Source of the DNA: Spirochaetia bacterium
GTDB taxonomy: Bacteria; Spirochaetota; Spirochaetia; SZUA-6; Bin103
Reading direction: 5' to 3'
DNA: 64,000 nt
Assembly: GCA_965203055.1 (NCBI GenBank)
Contig: OZ241863.1
Location: forward strand, 480,001 to 544,000
Position numbers and translations under genes: made by a program. Below the pieces are notes generated by a model that saw only the letters and a program-made list of their open reading frames with translations, was not told the DNA's origin and did not search any database. Positions 42,341 to 52,354 of the stretch are shown piece after piece. Within the stretch, counting starts at the first letter, position 1. Each line of letters starts with the position of its first letter.

Positions 42341-44965
42341 ATGCGCGTTGATGCCAGTGGCGCTTCCGGCTTGGATTTGCTGTCGCATCCGCTGGTGCTC
42401 AAGGGGGCTTGGATGCGCGTTGACGCTTGGTACCGCAGTGGTAATCTGGCACCCGAGCCGGAATTGTCACGCTGGCGACTCCATCCCGAAGCAGAACTGC
42501 GCGAGATAGGAGCAGCGCTGCGTGCCGGTAAGTGGCGTCCGAGCCTCTGGCAGCAGGTTCCGTACCCGAAGAAGGGAGCGTGTCTGCGCCACTACGTGGT
42601 GCCGACCGTCCGCGATCAGGTTGCATTTATGGCGTACATGGTGCTCCTTGGTCCCTTGGTGGATAGTCGTGTCCCGGATTTCGTGTTCGGCAACCGGTGG
42701 AACCGCAAGATCGTCTGGGATCGTCGGTGCGTCAAGCCGCAGTGGGTTCTGCATCCCTATCAGCTGCTGACCAACACCGCGTACTTGCCGTATTCACGAT
42801 CGCATGGCATGTTTCGGCGGGTCACGCACTGGACCGTGGCTCGTATGACCGGCGCGCGGATCGAGCACAAAGACTATGGCGGTTACGTGCAGCATCCGGA
42901 CGACTACGCATCCCGGCTTCCCCAATGGACCCGCAGAGAGTGGTCTCCGCCAAGCTCCGACAACGCGAGCGTCTACTGGGCGGCCCTCGATATCGAGCTT
43001 GCCTATCCCTCTATCTACCTTGGACGACTGCGTAAGGCGTTGGTCGAAATGCTGGGAAAACCTTCAACGGTCGAGGAACTGAAAACAATATATGGCGGTT
43101 ATCCACAGCCGATTCTTGTTGCGCTTGCTAATCGGAAAGAGGTCCAATGCATCGCAGGCGGTCTCGTGGACGCCCTCGAGAAGGTTGAGATCGACGCTGG
43201 ACCGATCCCTGAGAACTCCTGGCGTCCGAAACACGCGATAGGAAATCTGCCTCCCCAAAAGGACTCGGGTCTTCCCACCGGCCTTGCGGTTTCAGGCATT
43301 TTGCTAAACGTGGCGCTCCATCCTGCGGATCAATCGATCGAGCGTTATTTGCATGAACACCGTCACGAAGCCATCACTAGGTTTGCCGATGAAATATTCG
43401 TCCTGGCCCGCTCACTCGGTGGGCTGTTCGACCTCATGGAAGCCGTGTGGCGGGGGCTTGCCCAGGATGAGAACGCACGGTTGGCAAACCCTGAAACGGA
43501 ATCAAATCTCCATTTGAACTGGACCAAGATCGAGCCGAAGTCGATCCACGACATCATTGTTTGCTTCCTCAAGGCTCATGGTTGGAAAAAGTGTGAGCAT
43601 GGTACGGCTCTCTACTACTGTACGACCCCGGATCAAGTCTCGGGACTTCGCAAGTGGTGGTATGAACATCGCGAAGATCAGGAGTATGCTCGCATGTCAG
43701 ACGCCACCAAGCGTTCCGCCATTGGCTCTGGTGAAGTGGGACCATTTGTAACGACGTTGGTAGCTCGCATGAGCGAAATTGGCCGAGATACTTTGACCGA
43801 GCGGTTCGGCGAAGGGGCGCGGCAAAGGCTGATCCGGCTTCACGATTTGGCTAGATTCGACATCGACGACGTACAGGTAAGGTCGGACACCCGCCGCGCT
43901 TTCGCCGCGAACCGCCTCGTACGTGCCTGGCTACCTCCGGAGAGTTCACGCCGGGATCTTGCCGACATCCGCGACTCGGTCGCTCATGTGTTCCGAAACA
44001 CACCGTGGAAGTTCTCGCTCTGGCGGGCCGTCGTTCGCGCGGCCGCGCGCCGGCCGCAACGACCAAATCAGGCGGATGATCGCACTGCGCGGGACTGGCT
44101 GTCGAGTCAACTCGGATTGATAGCTGATCCGCCCGATGAGCGTCGCTTGGAGGTATGGATGACCACATGGCCGGAAGACAACGTCAGCGAGCAGCCCGAT
44201 CGGGATCCAAGTTGGCTTGGCCTGTACCTATCGTTCCACCGCACGGCGTTCTGGCAAGCATTGGCGGAGGGCCTCAGATGGCTATGGCGGCATGACGATG
44301 AGGCGTCCCACCCTGTCGCCGCCGGGTACGCCGGTCCCTCACCGAGTCGTTGGACCGTACGAGCTATACCACAGGGCGCGCACGCGAGCGTGCGCAGGCA
44401 TCTCGGCGCACTTGACCAATGGGTCGACGTACTCTACAAGCCTGATACGATTGAAGATCTTCGTAGATGGCCTTGGGAATTGAATCAGCTTACCGCCGCT
44501 GCTATTGCGTCGGCCTCACGCTACGACTTGGCCGTAACGTGGCGCCATGCCGAGCCTCCCGGTGACGCAGAGTTGAAGGTACCCGCCGGGCCACTTTGGC
44601 GGACCATACCGAAAACGATACAGTATCTCGAGCTGTTGGAACGCGTGAGTAGACACTCAACCGAACACGATCTTGACCTGTGCACTCTGCCGCACTTGTG
44701 GCTTGGCGGGCAGGATCGACGACTGGGTGATTTCCTTTTTCCTCGTGGTGGCGGGTCCCGAATTGACTCAAAGGAAGAACGTCCGCGCATCGTCGCGGCA
44801 GGCATATCGCTCGGATGCTCCGAGAGCATCAGCGCGGAGTTCGCGGCAGCGCTTGTGCCCAAACCTACCTGCGCGGGCAAATCGCTTCGCGATGATGGTC
44901 TTGCTCTGTGGGAGTATCACCGGGCACGGAGCATCCTTCTGGGACAGCCCGGAGAACTGCGATGA
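42341..44965 (+). CDS. Large UG/Abi-like reverse transcriptase with long C-terminal extension
   Basis: PYPKK...R....VRDQV, FGNR, LDIELAYPSI (Asp at 42989), GLPTG...SGILLN (43268), RFADEI (43382-43393), LHLNWTK; alternative GTG start 42311. Confidence 0.85.
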   Translation: MRVDASGASGLDLLSHPLVLKGAWMRVDAWYRSGNLAPEPELSRWRLHPEAELREIGAALRAGKWRPSLWQQVPYPKKGACLRHYVVPTVRDQVAFMAYMVLLGPLVDSRVPDFVFGNRWNRKIVWDRRCVKPQWVLHPYQLLTNTAYLPYSRSHGMFRRVTHWTVARMTGARIEHKDYGGYVQHPDDYASRLPQWTRREWSPPSSDNASVYWAALDIELAYPSIYLGRLRKALVEMLGKPSTVEELKTIYGGYPQPILVALANRKEVQCIAGGLVDALEKVEIDAGPIPENSWRPKHAIGNLPPQKDSGLPTGLAVSGILLNVALHPADQSIERYLHEHRHEAITRFADEIFVLARSLGGLFDLMEAVWRGLAQDENARLANPETESNLHLNWTKIEPKSIHDIIVCFLKAHGWKKCEHGTALYYCTTPDQVSGLRKWWYEHREDQEYARMSDATKRSAIGSGEVGPFVTTLVARMSEIGRDTLTERFGEGARQRLIRLHDLARFDIDDVQVRSDTRRAFAANRLVRAWLPPESSRRDLADIRDSVAHVFRNTPWKFSLWRAVVRAAARRPQRPNQADDRTARDWLSSQLGLIADPPDERRLEVWMTTWPEDNVSEQPDRDPSWLGLYLSFHRTAFWQALAEGLRWLWRHDDEASHPVAAGYAGPSPSRWTVRAIPQGAHASVRRHLGALDQWVDVLYKPDTIEDLRRWPWELNQLTAAAIASASRYDLAVTWRHAEPPGDAELKVPAGPLWRTIPKTIQYLELLERVSRHSTEHDLDLCTLPHLWLGGQDRRLGDFLFPRGGGSRIDSKEERPRIVAAGISLGCSESISAEFAAALVPKPTCAGKSLRDDGLALWEYHRARSILLGQPGELR

Positions 44966-46704
44966 GGACAGTCTCGCTACACCGGCTGCTGTGGGGTGCC
45001 CTTGCGGAAACCGTTCCGCCACATGAGTGGCCTCTTCGACCTTGGGAACTCCCGGCGGTTGGACTTCCGGCTCGTGTTGCCGTCTCTCTGTTCAGTTCCG
45101 CGATAAGTGAGCTGCCTCCGAAGGACTGGGAAGCGACACATGGTCCGTTGTCGTGGACCGTCGGCCGCGGGGCTGACCTGCTCGCAATGGGAAGGCGCCA
45201 CCAGCTGGAACTTGCGGCAGGCGAGCCAACTGATGTCGATCCGGCTGAACCGGAGGTGCACAGGTCGTCGGACTGGGACGTACCGCCGCACGCGGCTTAC
45301 TTTCTACCTCGTCTAGCCACAACATCGGTTGACGCCAACAGTTATGCCGTCTATTGCGACGTATTGATGCTACTCACCGCAATCGACGGTGAGGAGTCGA
45401 TTCTCGATGCTATAGTGGACCATGGTACGGGTGCAGTGCCGTTTGAGGATCGATGGAGTTGGCGCTCTCGCATCCATCTGCCCAAAGAAGCGTGGCGTCT
45501 GATCGAGCGAACTCTGCGCTGGGCGGAGAACCCAGTCGAGGATGTCGAGCAGATCGTGAAGTCGCTTGCCGTGGCCTTGGAGGAATGGAGGCCCGCCAAG
45601 GTCGGGTTCGATGACTTCGTTCGCGAGCGAGTCGACGTGCTGCTGGACGCGAGAGACGAACACGAGGGCACGCGTACGGTGCGCCTCCCTGATTCACCTG
45701 ACTCGGAGCTACCGACCGAGTTAATGCTGCAGGATAGGCAACTCTACGATCAGTTTGTCGTGCGCATAGGGCAGATCGATGCCTGGACGCCGAAAGCGCA
45801 TGTCGTTGCGAACTTCCCTGCGATGGCTCCGGGATCGATACGTGGCATCATGGAGCAAGTAGCGTATGCGTTCCGATCTCCAAGCCACGGTAGCCCCGAT
45901 CACACACCCGACTTGGTTCTACTCCCGGAGGTCTCGATCCCACAGCCCGAAGTCCCGGTAGTGCGCGACTTGGTTGCAAGAACAGGTCGCGCGGCGCTGG
46001 CCGGCTTGTACTGGCAGGAGCTCAAGCCCGTGTATCGGGCATGTTACGGGACGGTGCCGGCCAGGAAGTGGTTCGTCAACGAAGCTGAACTCGTGATCCC
46101 TTTCGGACGCGACGATCGTGGTCCGCCGAGCATCCGCTGGTACCGCGTACGGAAGCCGCTGCCGGCGCACAATGAAACAGGTTTGGCGCAAGCCCTTTCC
46201 GCACAGTCGCCAGGTACGACGTGGCGCATTCTACGGGGCTACCGGTGGTACCGTTTCGTGCATCGCCGGTGGGGCGACTTTACGATTTCCATCTGCGCGG
46301 ATTTGATCGATACGGCTCCTTGGCGGTCACTACGCGGCGAGTTGCTCCATCTGTTCATGGTCGCCTTCAACAAAGACGTAGATCTCTATGATTCCCTCAC
46401 CTGGGTCAGGGCATACGAGACCTACGTGAACCTTGTCTCTGTAAATCACGGCCAATATGGTGGCTCCTTTCTCTGGACGCCGCGCCGAAGCCACTCCCAC
46501 GAGCTTGCTCGACTCCGGGGACAAAAGCTGTTCGTTACTGCCGACATCACCATTCCGGTGAAGGACCTGCTTGCGGCGCAGCGTCTCGGTGTTCGGGACG
46601 CTATCTCGACGGCAGCATGCGATTGGGCCGGGACTCAGCACCAACGGTCCGCGTTCAAGTCACCGCCTCCCGGATTCCAGCGACGAGCCCTTCTGATTGT
46701 GTAG
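44962..46704 (+). CDS. Protein with C-terminal nitrilase/carbon-nitrogen hydrolase domain
   Basis: Triad DLVLLPE (E 45928), RKPLPA (K 46153), ICAD (C 46294), VNHGQYGGS; GGAG 7 nt before ATG; ATGA overlap with RT. Confidence 0.85.
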   Translation: MRTVSLHRLLWGALAETVPPHEWPLRPWELPAVGLPARVAVSLFSSAISELPPKDWEATHGPLSWTVGRGADLLAMGRRHQLELAAGEPTDVDPAEPEVHRSSDWDVPPHAAYFLPRLATTSVDANSYAVYCDVLMLLTAIDGEESILDAIVDHGTGAVPFEDRWSWRSRIHLPKEAWRLIERTLRWAENPVEDVEQIVKSLAVALEEWRPAKVGFDDFVRERVDVLLDARDEHEGTRTVRLPDSPDSELPTELMLQDRQLYDQFVVRIGQIDAWTPKAHVVANFPAMAPGSIRGIMEQVAYAFRSPSHGSPDHTPDLVLLPEVSIPQPEVPVVRDLVARTGRAALAGLYWQELKPVYRACYGTVPARKWFVNEAELVIPFGRDDRGPPSIRWYRVRKPLPAHNETGLAQALSAQSPGTTWRILRGYRWYRFVHRRWGDFTISICADLIDTAPWRSLRGELLHLFMVAFNKDVDLYDSLTWVRAYETYVNLVSVNHGQYGGSFLWTPRRSHSHELARLRGQKLFVTADITIPVKDLLAAQRLGVRDAISTAACDWAGTQHQRSAFKSPPPGFQRRALLIV

Positions 46705-46815
46705 CGAGATGCTCTACCCGTGTTGATCGACCGTCCGTTGTGGTTCCTTTGGATATGGGGCGAACCCTCTGCGATCGTGTGTGCGCTTTGAGCGCTAAGA
46801 GCGGGAGACGAGCCG

Positions 46816-49635
46816 GTGTTGCAACCCGGTGATTGGGCGTGGAGCCCCGCGCACCGGCAGGTTTGCCGGGTGGTCGAGACGCAGGACCTGTGGGGAGCGG
46901 CGCAGCGCCGGGTCTGGCTGCCGGCTTCCGAGGCGTTCGTCCGGGTTCGGTCGGACCAGCTCCGTCCGCTCTCGGAGTCGGCCGTCGCGGGGCGCTCGTG
47001 GCTGACCTACGCGGCAGCCGCGGCGCGGGTCGCCGGCGCGCTGGCGCAGGACGCGCTGCTGGCGCCGATCGAGTCGCCGGTCATCCCGTTGCCGCACCAG
47101 ATCAGTGCGCTGGCGCGGGCGACGGCGGGCAACCGCGTCCGCTATCTGCTGGCGGACGAAGTCGGACTCGGCAAGACGATCGAGGCCGGTCTCATCATGC
47201 GCGAGCTCAAGCTGCGCGGCATCGTACGGCGAACCTTGGTGGTGGCCCCCAAGGGGCTCGTCAACCAGTGGGTGGCGGAGCTGCGCACCCACTTCGCCGA
47301 GGAGTTTCGCGCCTTCCTGCCGAGCGACTTCCCCGCCTTCCGCCGCATCGCGCCGGCGGACAACGTCTGGCGAACCTGCGATCAGATCGTGTGCCCGCTG
47401 GATGCGGTCAAGCCGCTCGACGGCCGCCGCGGGTGGTCGCGGGAACGGGTGGCCGAGCACAACCGCGACCGGTTCGAGGACCTGACCGCCGCCGGCTGGG
47501 ACCTGATCATCATCGACGAGGCGCATCGCCTGGGCGGCAGCACCGATCAGGTCGCCCGCTATCAGCTTGGCCGCGGGTTGGCGGAGGCCGCGCCTTGTCT
47601 GCTCCTGCTCTCCGCGACCCCGCATCAGGGCAAGACCGACGCGTTCCATCGGCTGCTGTCGCTGATCGACGCGACCGCGTTCCCCGACCCCGGCGCCATC
47701 TCCAGCGAACGGGTCCGGCCATTCGTGATCCGCACCGAGAAGCGGCGCGCGATCGACGCCGACGGAAAGCCGTTGTTCAAGCCGCGCCATACCCGCCTCG
47801 AACCGATCGCCTACGATGAGCGGCACGCCGGCCAGCGCGCGCTCTACGAGGCGGTGACCGAATACGTGCGCGACGGCTACAACCGGGCGCTGCGGGAACA
47901 CCAGGGGCACCTCGGCTTCCTGATGATCCTGATGCAGCGGCTGGTCACCTCCTCGACCCGCGCGATCCGCGTCACCCTGGAACGCCGCCTCGAAGCGCTG
48001 GCCGCGCCGGGCGAGCAGCTCCTGCTGTTTCCCGAGCTGACTGACGAGGAATGGGCCGACCTCGACGGCCAGGAGCAGATCGACACGTTGCTCTCCAGCC
48101 GGTTGAGCGCCCTCAAGAACGAACGCGCGGAGGTGACGCTGCTCCTCGAAGCGGCCCGGCGGACGGAGCGCGCCGGCGCCGATGCCAAGGCGGAAGCCCT
48201 GCTCGGCTGGATCTATCGGTTGCAGCAGGAGGAGAGCGACCCCGATCTGAAGGTCCTGATCTTCACCGAGTTCGTCGCCACGCAGGAGATGCTGCGCGAA
48301 TTTCTGGCCGACCGGGGATTCCCGGTGGTCTGTCTCAACGGATCGATGGGATTGGAGGAACGCGCGCAGGCGCAGCAATCGTTCGCCGGCGCGGCCCGCT
48401 TCCTGGTGTCGACCGACGCCGGCGGCGAAGGTCTGAACCTGCAGTTCTGCCACGTGGTGGTCAACTACGACATTCCCTGGAATCCGATGAAGCTGGAGCA
48501 GCGGATCGGCCGCGTCGACCGCATCGGCCAGACCCACGCCGTGAGGGCCGTCAACTTCGTGGTCCGGGATACGGTCGAGCACCGCGTCCGCGAGGTGCTG
48601 GAGGAGAAGCTGGCGGTCATCCTGGCGGAATTCGGCGTCGACAAGACCGAAGACATCCTCGATTCGGCGCAGGCCGGACAGATGTTCGACGATCTCTACG
48701 TCGAGGCGATCGTCCGCCCACACGGTCTGCGCGCCCGGGTCGATGCCGTGATGCGCGAGGTCGGACGGCAAGGCCAGGCGGTCCGCGAGAGCGCCGCGGT
48801 CTACGGGAGCGCCGAAGCGCTCGATCCGGGACCGGCGCGGCGCCTGCGGTCTCACCCCCTGCCGCACTGGATCGAAACCATGGTCGTCAACTACCTCCGC
48901 GCGCACGGCGGCGCCGCAGACCGGAGCGGCCAGACCTGGAACCTGACGTGGCCGGACGGCGAGCGTCTGGAAGCCGTCTCGTTTGCCGCCGGGGGCGCGC
49001 GGGGCGCGCCCCGCGACCTGTCCGCCCGCCAGCTCACGCTCGACGACCCGCGGGTGCGCGCGCTCGTCGAGCGGCTCCCCCGGTTCGCCCCCGGCCAGCC
49101 GATCCCCTGCCTTGCGCTGGAACGATTGCCGGCCGAGGTGCGGGGCTTCTGGTCCCTGTGGCAGATCACGCTGCACGCCCCCGAGCGAGGCCGCAGCCGC
49201 GTCATGCCGCTGTTCCGCCACGACGACGGGCGGATATTCGCGCCGACCGCGCGGTTCATCTGGGACCGGCTGCTGGCCGGCGCGCCGGCTGCCGGCCCTG
49301 CTCTCCACGGGCCTGCTCTCCACGGCGCAGCGGCCGCCGCGGCGTTCGCGGCCGTCGAACGGTCGGCCCGCGAGCATGGCCGGCCGGTCTACCAGGAGCT
49401 GCTCCTCGCCCACCGCGCGGACGTCGCCGCGCGCCGCGAGCGGGGCGAATACTCCTTCGCCGCCCGGCGCCGCTCCATCGGGCGGATCGGGCTGCCGGCG
49501 GTGCGCAACCATCGCCTGGCGCAGCTTGCCGCCGAGGAGCGGTCGTGGCGCGCGGCGCTCGCGCGCGAGAACGAGTCCAGCCCGGACCTGGCGCCGCTGA
49601 TCGTCGTCCGGGTGGAGGGAGCGGGCGGTTCGTGA
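46816..49635 (+). CDS. brxHII: BREX-3 SNF2-type helicase
   Basis: LADEVGLGKT, DEAH, SATP, GEGLNLQ, EQRIGRVDRIGQ. Confidence 0.88.
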   Translation: MLQPGDWAWSPAHRQVCRVVETQDLWGAAQRRVWLPASEAFVRVRSDQLRPLSESAVAGRSWLTYAAAAARVAGALAQDALLAPIESPVIPLPHQISALARATAGNRVRYLLADEVGLGKTIEAGLIMRELKLRGIVRRTLVVAPKGLVNQWVAELRTHFAEEFRAFLPSDFPAFRRIAPADNVWRTCDQIVCPLDAVKPLDGRRGWSRERVAEHNRDRFEDLTAAGWDLIIIDEAHRLGGSTDQVARYQLGRGLAEAAPCLLLLSATPHQGKTDAFHRLLSLIDATAFPDPGAISSERVRPFVIRTEKRRAIDADGKPLFKPRHTRLEPIAYDERHAGQRALYEAVTEYVRDGYNRALREHQGHLGFLMILMQRLVTSSTRAIRVTLERRLEALAAPGEQLLLFPELTDEEWADLDGQEQIDTLLSSRLSALKNERAEVTLLLEAARRTERAGADAKAEALLGWIYRLQQEESDPDLKVLIFTEFVATQEMLREFLADRGFPVVCLNGSMGLEERAQAQQSFAGAARFLVSTDAGGEGLNLQFCHVVVNYDIPWNPMKLEQRIGRVDRIGQTHAVRAVNFVVRDTVEHRVREVLEEKLAVILAEFGVDKTEDILDSAQAGQMFDDLYVEAIVRPHGLRARVDAVMREVGRQGQAVRESAAVYGSAEALDPGPARRLRSHPLPHWIETMVVNYLRAHGGAADRSGQTWNLTWPDGERLEAVSFAAGGARGAPRDLSARQLTLDDPRVRALVERLPRFAPGQPIPCLALERLPAEVRGFWSLWQITLHAPERGRSRVMPLFRHDDGRIFAPTARFIWDRLLAGAPAAGPALHGPALHGAAAAAAFAAVERSAREHGRPVYQELLLAHRADVAARRERGEYSFAARRRSIGRIGLPAVRNHRLAQLAAEERSWRAALARENESSPDLAPLIVVRVEGAGGS

Positions 49636-51614
49636 CGAGCTGGCGTGATTCGATCCTCGCGGAGCTCGCCCCGCACGCCGCCCGGCTCACGATCGCGGCC
49701 GACCCCGACGGCCTGCTGCTGGAAGCGGGGGTGCTCCAGGAAATCGCGGCGCGCGGGTTCGAGCTGATCACGGTCGAGGATCGCGTCGCGTTCCGCTTCA
49801 CCTACGAATCGCGCTACCGTTCGCGCGGGGACCGCGGCGAGCGCACCGGCCCGGGCCTCGTGCTGCGGACCGACGAATCGGACCTGGGCGCGCTGCCGTA
49901 CGATCTCCTGCACGCCGGCCGGCGGGTCTCGTTCAGCCTGGGCGCGCTGTTCCCGCACCTGAGCCGCGCGGTCATGAGCACGCTGGAGCGGAGCGACCTC
50001 GATGCCCTGTATCAGGCGCAGACGCGCGCGCCGCCGGCCCGCCCGCTCGGTGACGCTCAGACCGCCGACTTCGTCCTGCGCCACGTCTTCGGGATCGCGC
50101 CCGAAACCATCAGGCAGGAGTCCGATCTGCTCCGCTTCCTGTTGCGCCGGCACTACCGCGAGCTGCGCATTCCGGCGCCGCTCGACGATCACCTGCTCCG
50201 GCTGCTGGCGCGGAACCCGGCGTTCGCCGCTTGGCCGTTGCGCCGGATCATGGCCGACCGCGAGGCGTTCTTCGCGTTCCTGCAGGAGCGCTGGCCGGCC
50301 TTCCTCGACCGGCGCACGACCGACGCCGCCACGATACGCGATCCGGCCACCGCTTCCGAAATCTCGTTCGACCACCCCGACGTGCGAGTCTACCTCGACA
50401 ACCTCTTCCTGGAGGGTTTTCTCCGGCCCGTACCGCACCCGCGCGCCGCGCGGCTGGCCGGCTCGTGGGAGATCGCCGGCATCAGGCGCGACCCGGCCGC
50501 CGATCGGCAGCGCCGGCTGGCAGGGCTGCTGAACGCCGTCGAGACGTCGATCCCCGCGCCGACCGCGCGGCACCAGGAGTGGCTGGCGTTCGCGCGGCGC
50601 TGGGCGCAGGTGAACGCCCTCCGGTTCGGCGCCAACGGCGGCCCCGGCGCCGCTGAATCCCGGTCCCGGTACGCCGCCATCCGCGATCGGATCGACGCGG
50701 CCTTCGCGGCGTGGCTCGCACAGCGCTACGGCGCGCTCCACAACCAGCCGCCGCTGCCGCCGGTGATGGTCCACCACGTGCCGCGCATGCTCGCCCGGGC
50801 TCTGGAAGAATCTGCCGAGGCCAAGGCGGCGCTGGTGCTGGTGGACGGCCTGTCGCTCGACCAGTGGTCCACGGTCCGCGGCGTGCTGGCCGAGCAGCGG
50901 CCGGGCCTGCGGTTCCGGGAGGGCGGCCTGTTCGCGTGGATACCCACGCTCACCATGGTGTCGCGGCAGGCGTGCTTCAGCGGCCGCCCGCCGCTCTACT
51001 TCCCGTCCAGCATACACACCACCGACCGCGAGCCGGCCGCGTGGCAGCGGTTCTGGGCGGACGCGGGACTGTCCGCGGCCGAGGTCGGTTATCAAAAGAC
51101 CCTGCGCGACCGAGCCGATCTGGACCGCGCCGCGCAGCTCGCGTCGCATCCTGGCGTGCGCGTGGCCGGACTGGTCGTCGACGCGGTCGACCGGATCATG
51201 CACGGCATGACGCTCGGCCAGTCCGGCATGCACAACCAGATACGCCAGTGGACGAGGCGGGGCGTGCTGGCGGACCTGCTCGACCTGCTGCTCGACCACG
51301 GCTTCGCGGTCTGGCTCACCTCCGACCACGGCAACGTCGAGACGCGCGGCTGCGGCCGTCCGGGCGAGGGCGCCGCCGCGGACCTGCGCGGCGAACGGGT
51401 TCGCGTCTACTCCGATCCGGGGCTGCGCGCGCGGGTGGCGGAGCGGTTTCCGGACGCGGCGGCGTGGCCGTCACTCGGGCTGCCGGACGACTACCTGGCG
51501 TTGATCGCTCCCGGCCGAGCGTCGTTCGTCCGCCCGGCGGAGCGTCCCGTGGCGCACGGCGGAATCACGCTGGAAGAGGTGGTCGTGCCGCTGGTGCGGA
51601 TCGAACGGCAATGA
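49632..51614 (+). CDS. pglZ: BREX-3 PglZ phosphodiesterase-domain protein
   Basis: DPDGLL, LVLVDGLS, PTLTMVSRQ, TSDHG, HGGITLEEVVVP; GTG start overlaps helicase stop. Confidence 0.9.
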   Translation: MTSWRDSILAELAPHAARLTIAADPDGLLLEAGVLQEIAARGFELITVEDRVAFRFTYESRYRSRGDRGERTGPGLVLRTDESDLGALPYDLLHAGRRVSFSLGALFPHLSRAVMSTLERSDLDALYQAQTRAPPARPLGDAQTADFVLRHVFGIAPETIRQESDLLRFLLRRHYRELRIPAPLDDHLLRLLARNPAFAAWPLRRIMADREAFFAFLQERWPAFLDRRTTDAATIRDPATASEISFDHPDVRVYLDNLFLEGFLRPVPHPRAARLAGSWEIAGIRRDPAADRQRRLAGLLNAVETSIPAPTARHQEWLAFARRWAQVNALRFGANGGPGAAESRSRYAAIRDRIDAAFAAWLAQRYGALHNQPPLPPVMVHHVPRMLARALEESAEAKAALVLVDGLSLDQWSTVRGVLAEQRPGLRFREGGLFAWIPTLTMVSRQACFSGRPPLYFPSSIHTTDREPAAWQRFWADAGLSAAEVGYQKTLRDRADLDRAAQLASHPGVRVAGLVVDAVDRIMHGMTLGQSGMHNQIRQWTRRGVLADLLDLLLDHGFAVWLTSDHGNVETRGCGRPGEGAAADLRGERVRVYSDPGLRARVAERFPDAAAWPSLGLPDDYLALIAPGRASFVRPAERPVAHGGITLEEVVVPLVRIERQ

Positions 51615-52354
51615 CCATGGATGAGCGGCGCAGGATCATCGGCTTCGATCGCAAGCTCAGCTTGAGCTGGTTGGACGCGACCGCCGACTGGACGGCGCAG
51701 GGCCTGCCCGCGGCCGCGATACGGAAGCGGCTCGACCGCCTGCTCGACGGGCAGGTAGCGGGCGGCGGCCCCCACAGCGCGCGCGGCAAGACCATGACCG
51801 TGCTGCTGCATCTCTGGGTGCTGATCCCGGACGAACTCGGCCCCTTGCGGGACGATGGCATCGACCTGCTGCGCGGCCGCTCCGGCCGCGACCGCCTGCC
51901 GGTCCACTGGGGCATGTGCCTGGCCACCTATCCGTTCTTTCGCGACGTGGCCGCAACGACCGGCCGGCTCCTTGCTCTGCAGGGCCGCGCCGCGCTGGCG
52001 CAGATCGTCCGGCGCACCACCGAATCCTGGGGCGCCCGGAGCACCGTGACGCGCGCTGCGCAACGCATCGTCCGCTCCTTCGTCGGCTGGGGCGTTCTGG
52101 CCGAGACCGGCGAGCGCGGCATCTTCGCGCCCGCGCCAAGAATCGCCGTGCACGACGGCGGCACGGCCGCCTGGCTGCTGGAAGCCGGCATCGCCGCCGC
52201 CGGCCACCGGGAGTACCCGCTCCGCAGCCTTGCCGGTCAAGCCTCGTTCTACCCACTCGATCTGCGCCTGGCCGCCCGCGACGTCCGTCTCCGCCCGCGG
52301 CTGGCGCTCCATCATCGAGGGATCGACGGGCCGGTCGTTACCGGCGATGGCTGA
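51611..52354 (+). CDS. brxA: BREX-3 BrxA-like protein
   Basis: IGFDRKL, ARGKT, HWGM..A.YPFF, WG.R; last position of BREX-3 order. Confidence 0.7.
   Translation: MTMDERRRIIGFDRKLSLSWLDATADWTAQGLPAAAIRKRLDRLLDGQVAGGGPHSARGKTMTVLLHLWVLIPDELGPLRDDGIDLLRGRSGRDRLPVHWGMCLATYPFFRDVAATTGRLLALQGRAALAQIVRRTTESWGARSTVTRAAQRIVRSFVGWGVLAETGERGIFAPAPRIAVHDGGTAAWLLEAGIAAAGHREYPLRSLAGQASFYPLDLRLAARDVRLRPRLALHHRGIDGPVVTGDG

Noticed and set aside
42341..44965. RT as group II intron, retron or DGR
   Set aside because: No maturase/HNH domain or intron-sized flanking RNA, no retron VTG motif or clear msr-msd repeats, no TR/VR pair; the SBP duplicate differences are not adenine-specific.
49294..49323. 15-bp tandem duplication (GPALH x2) in brxHII
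   Set aside because: In-frame micro-duplication in a probable linker; no sign of function.
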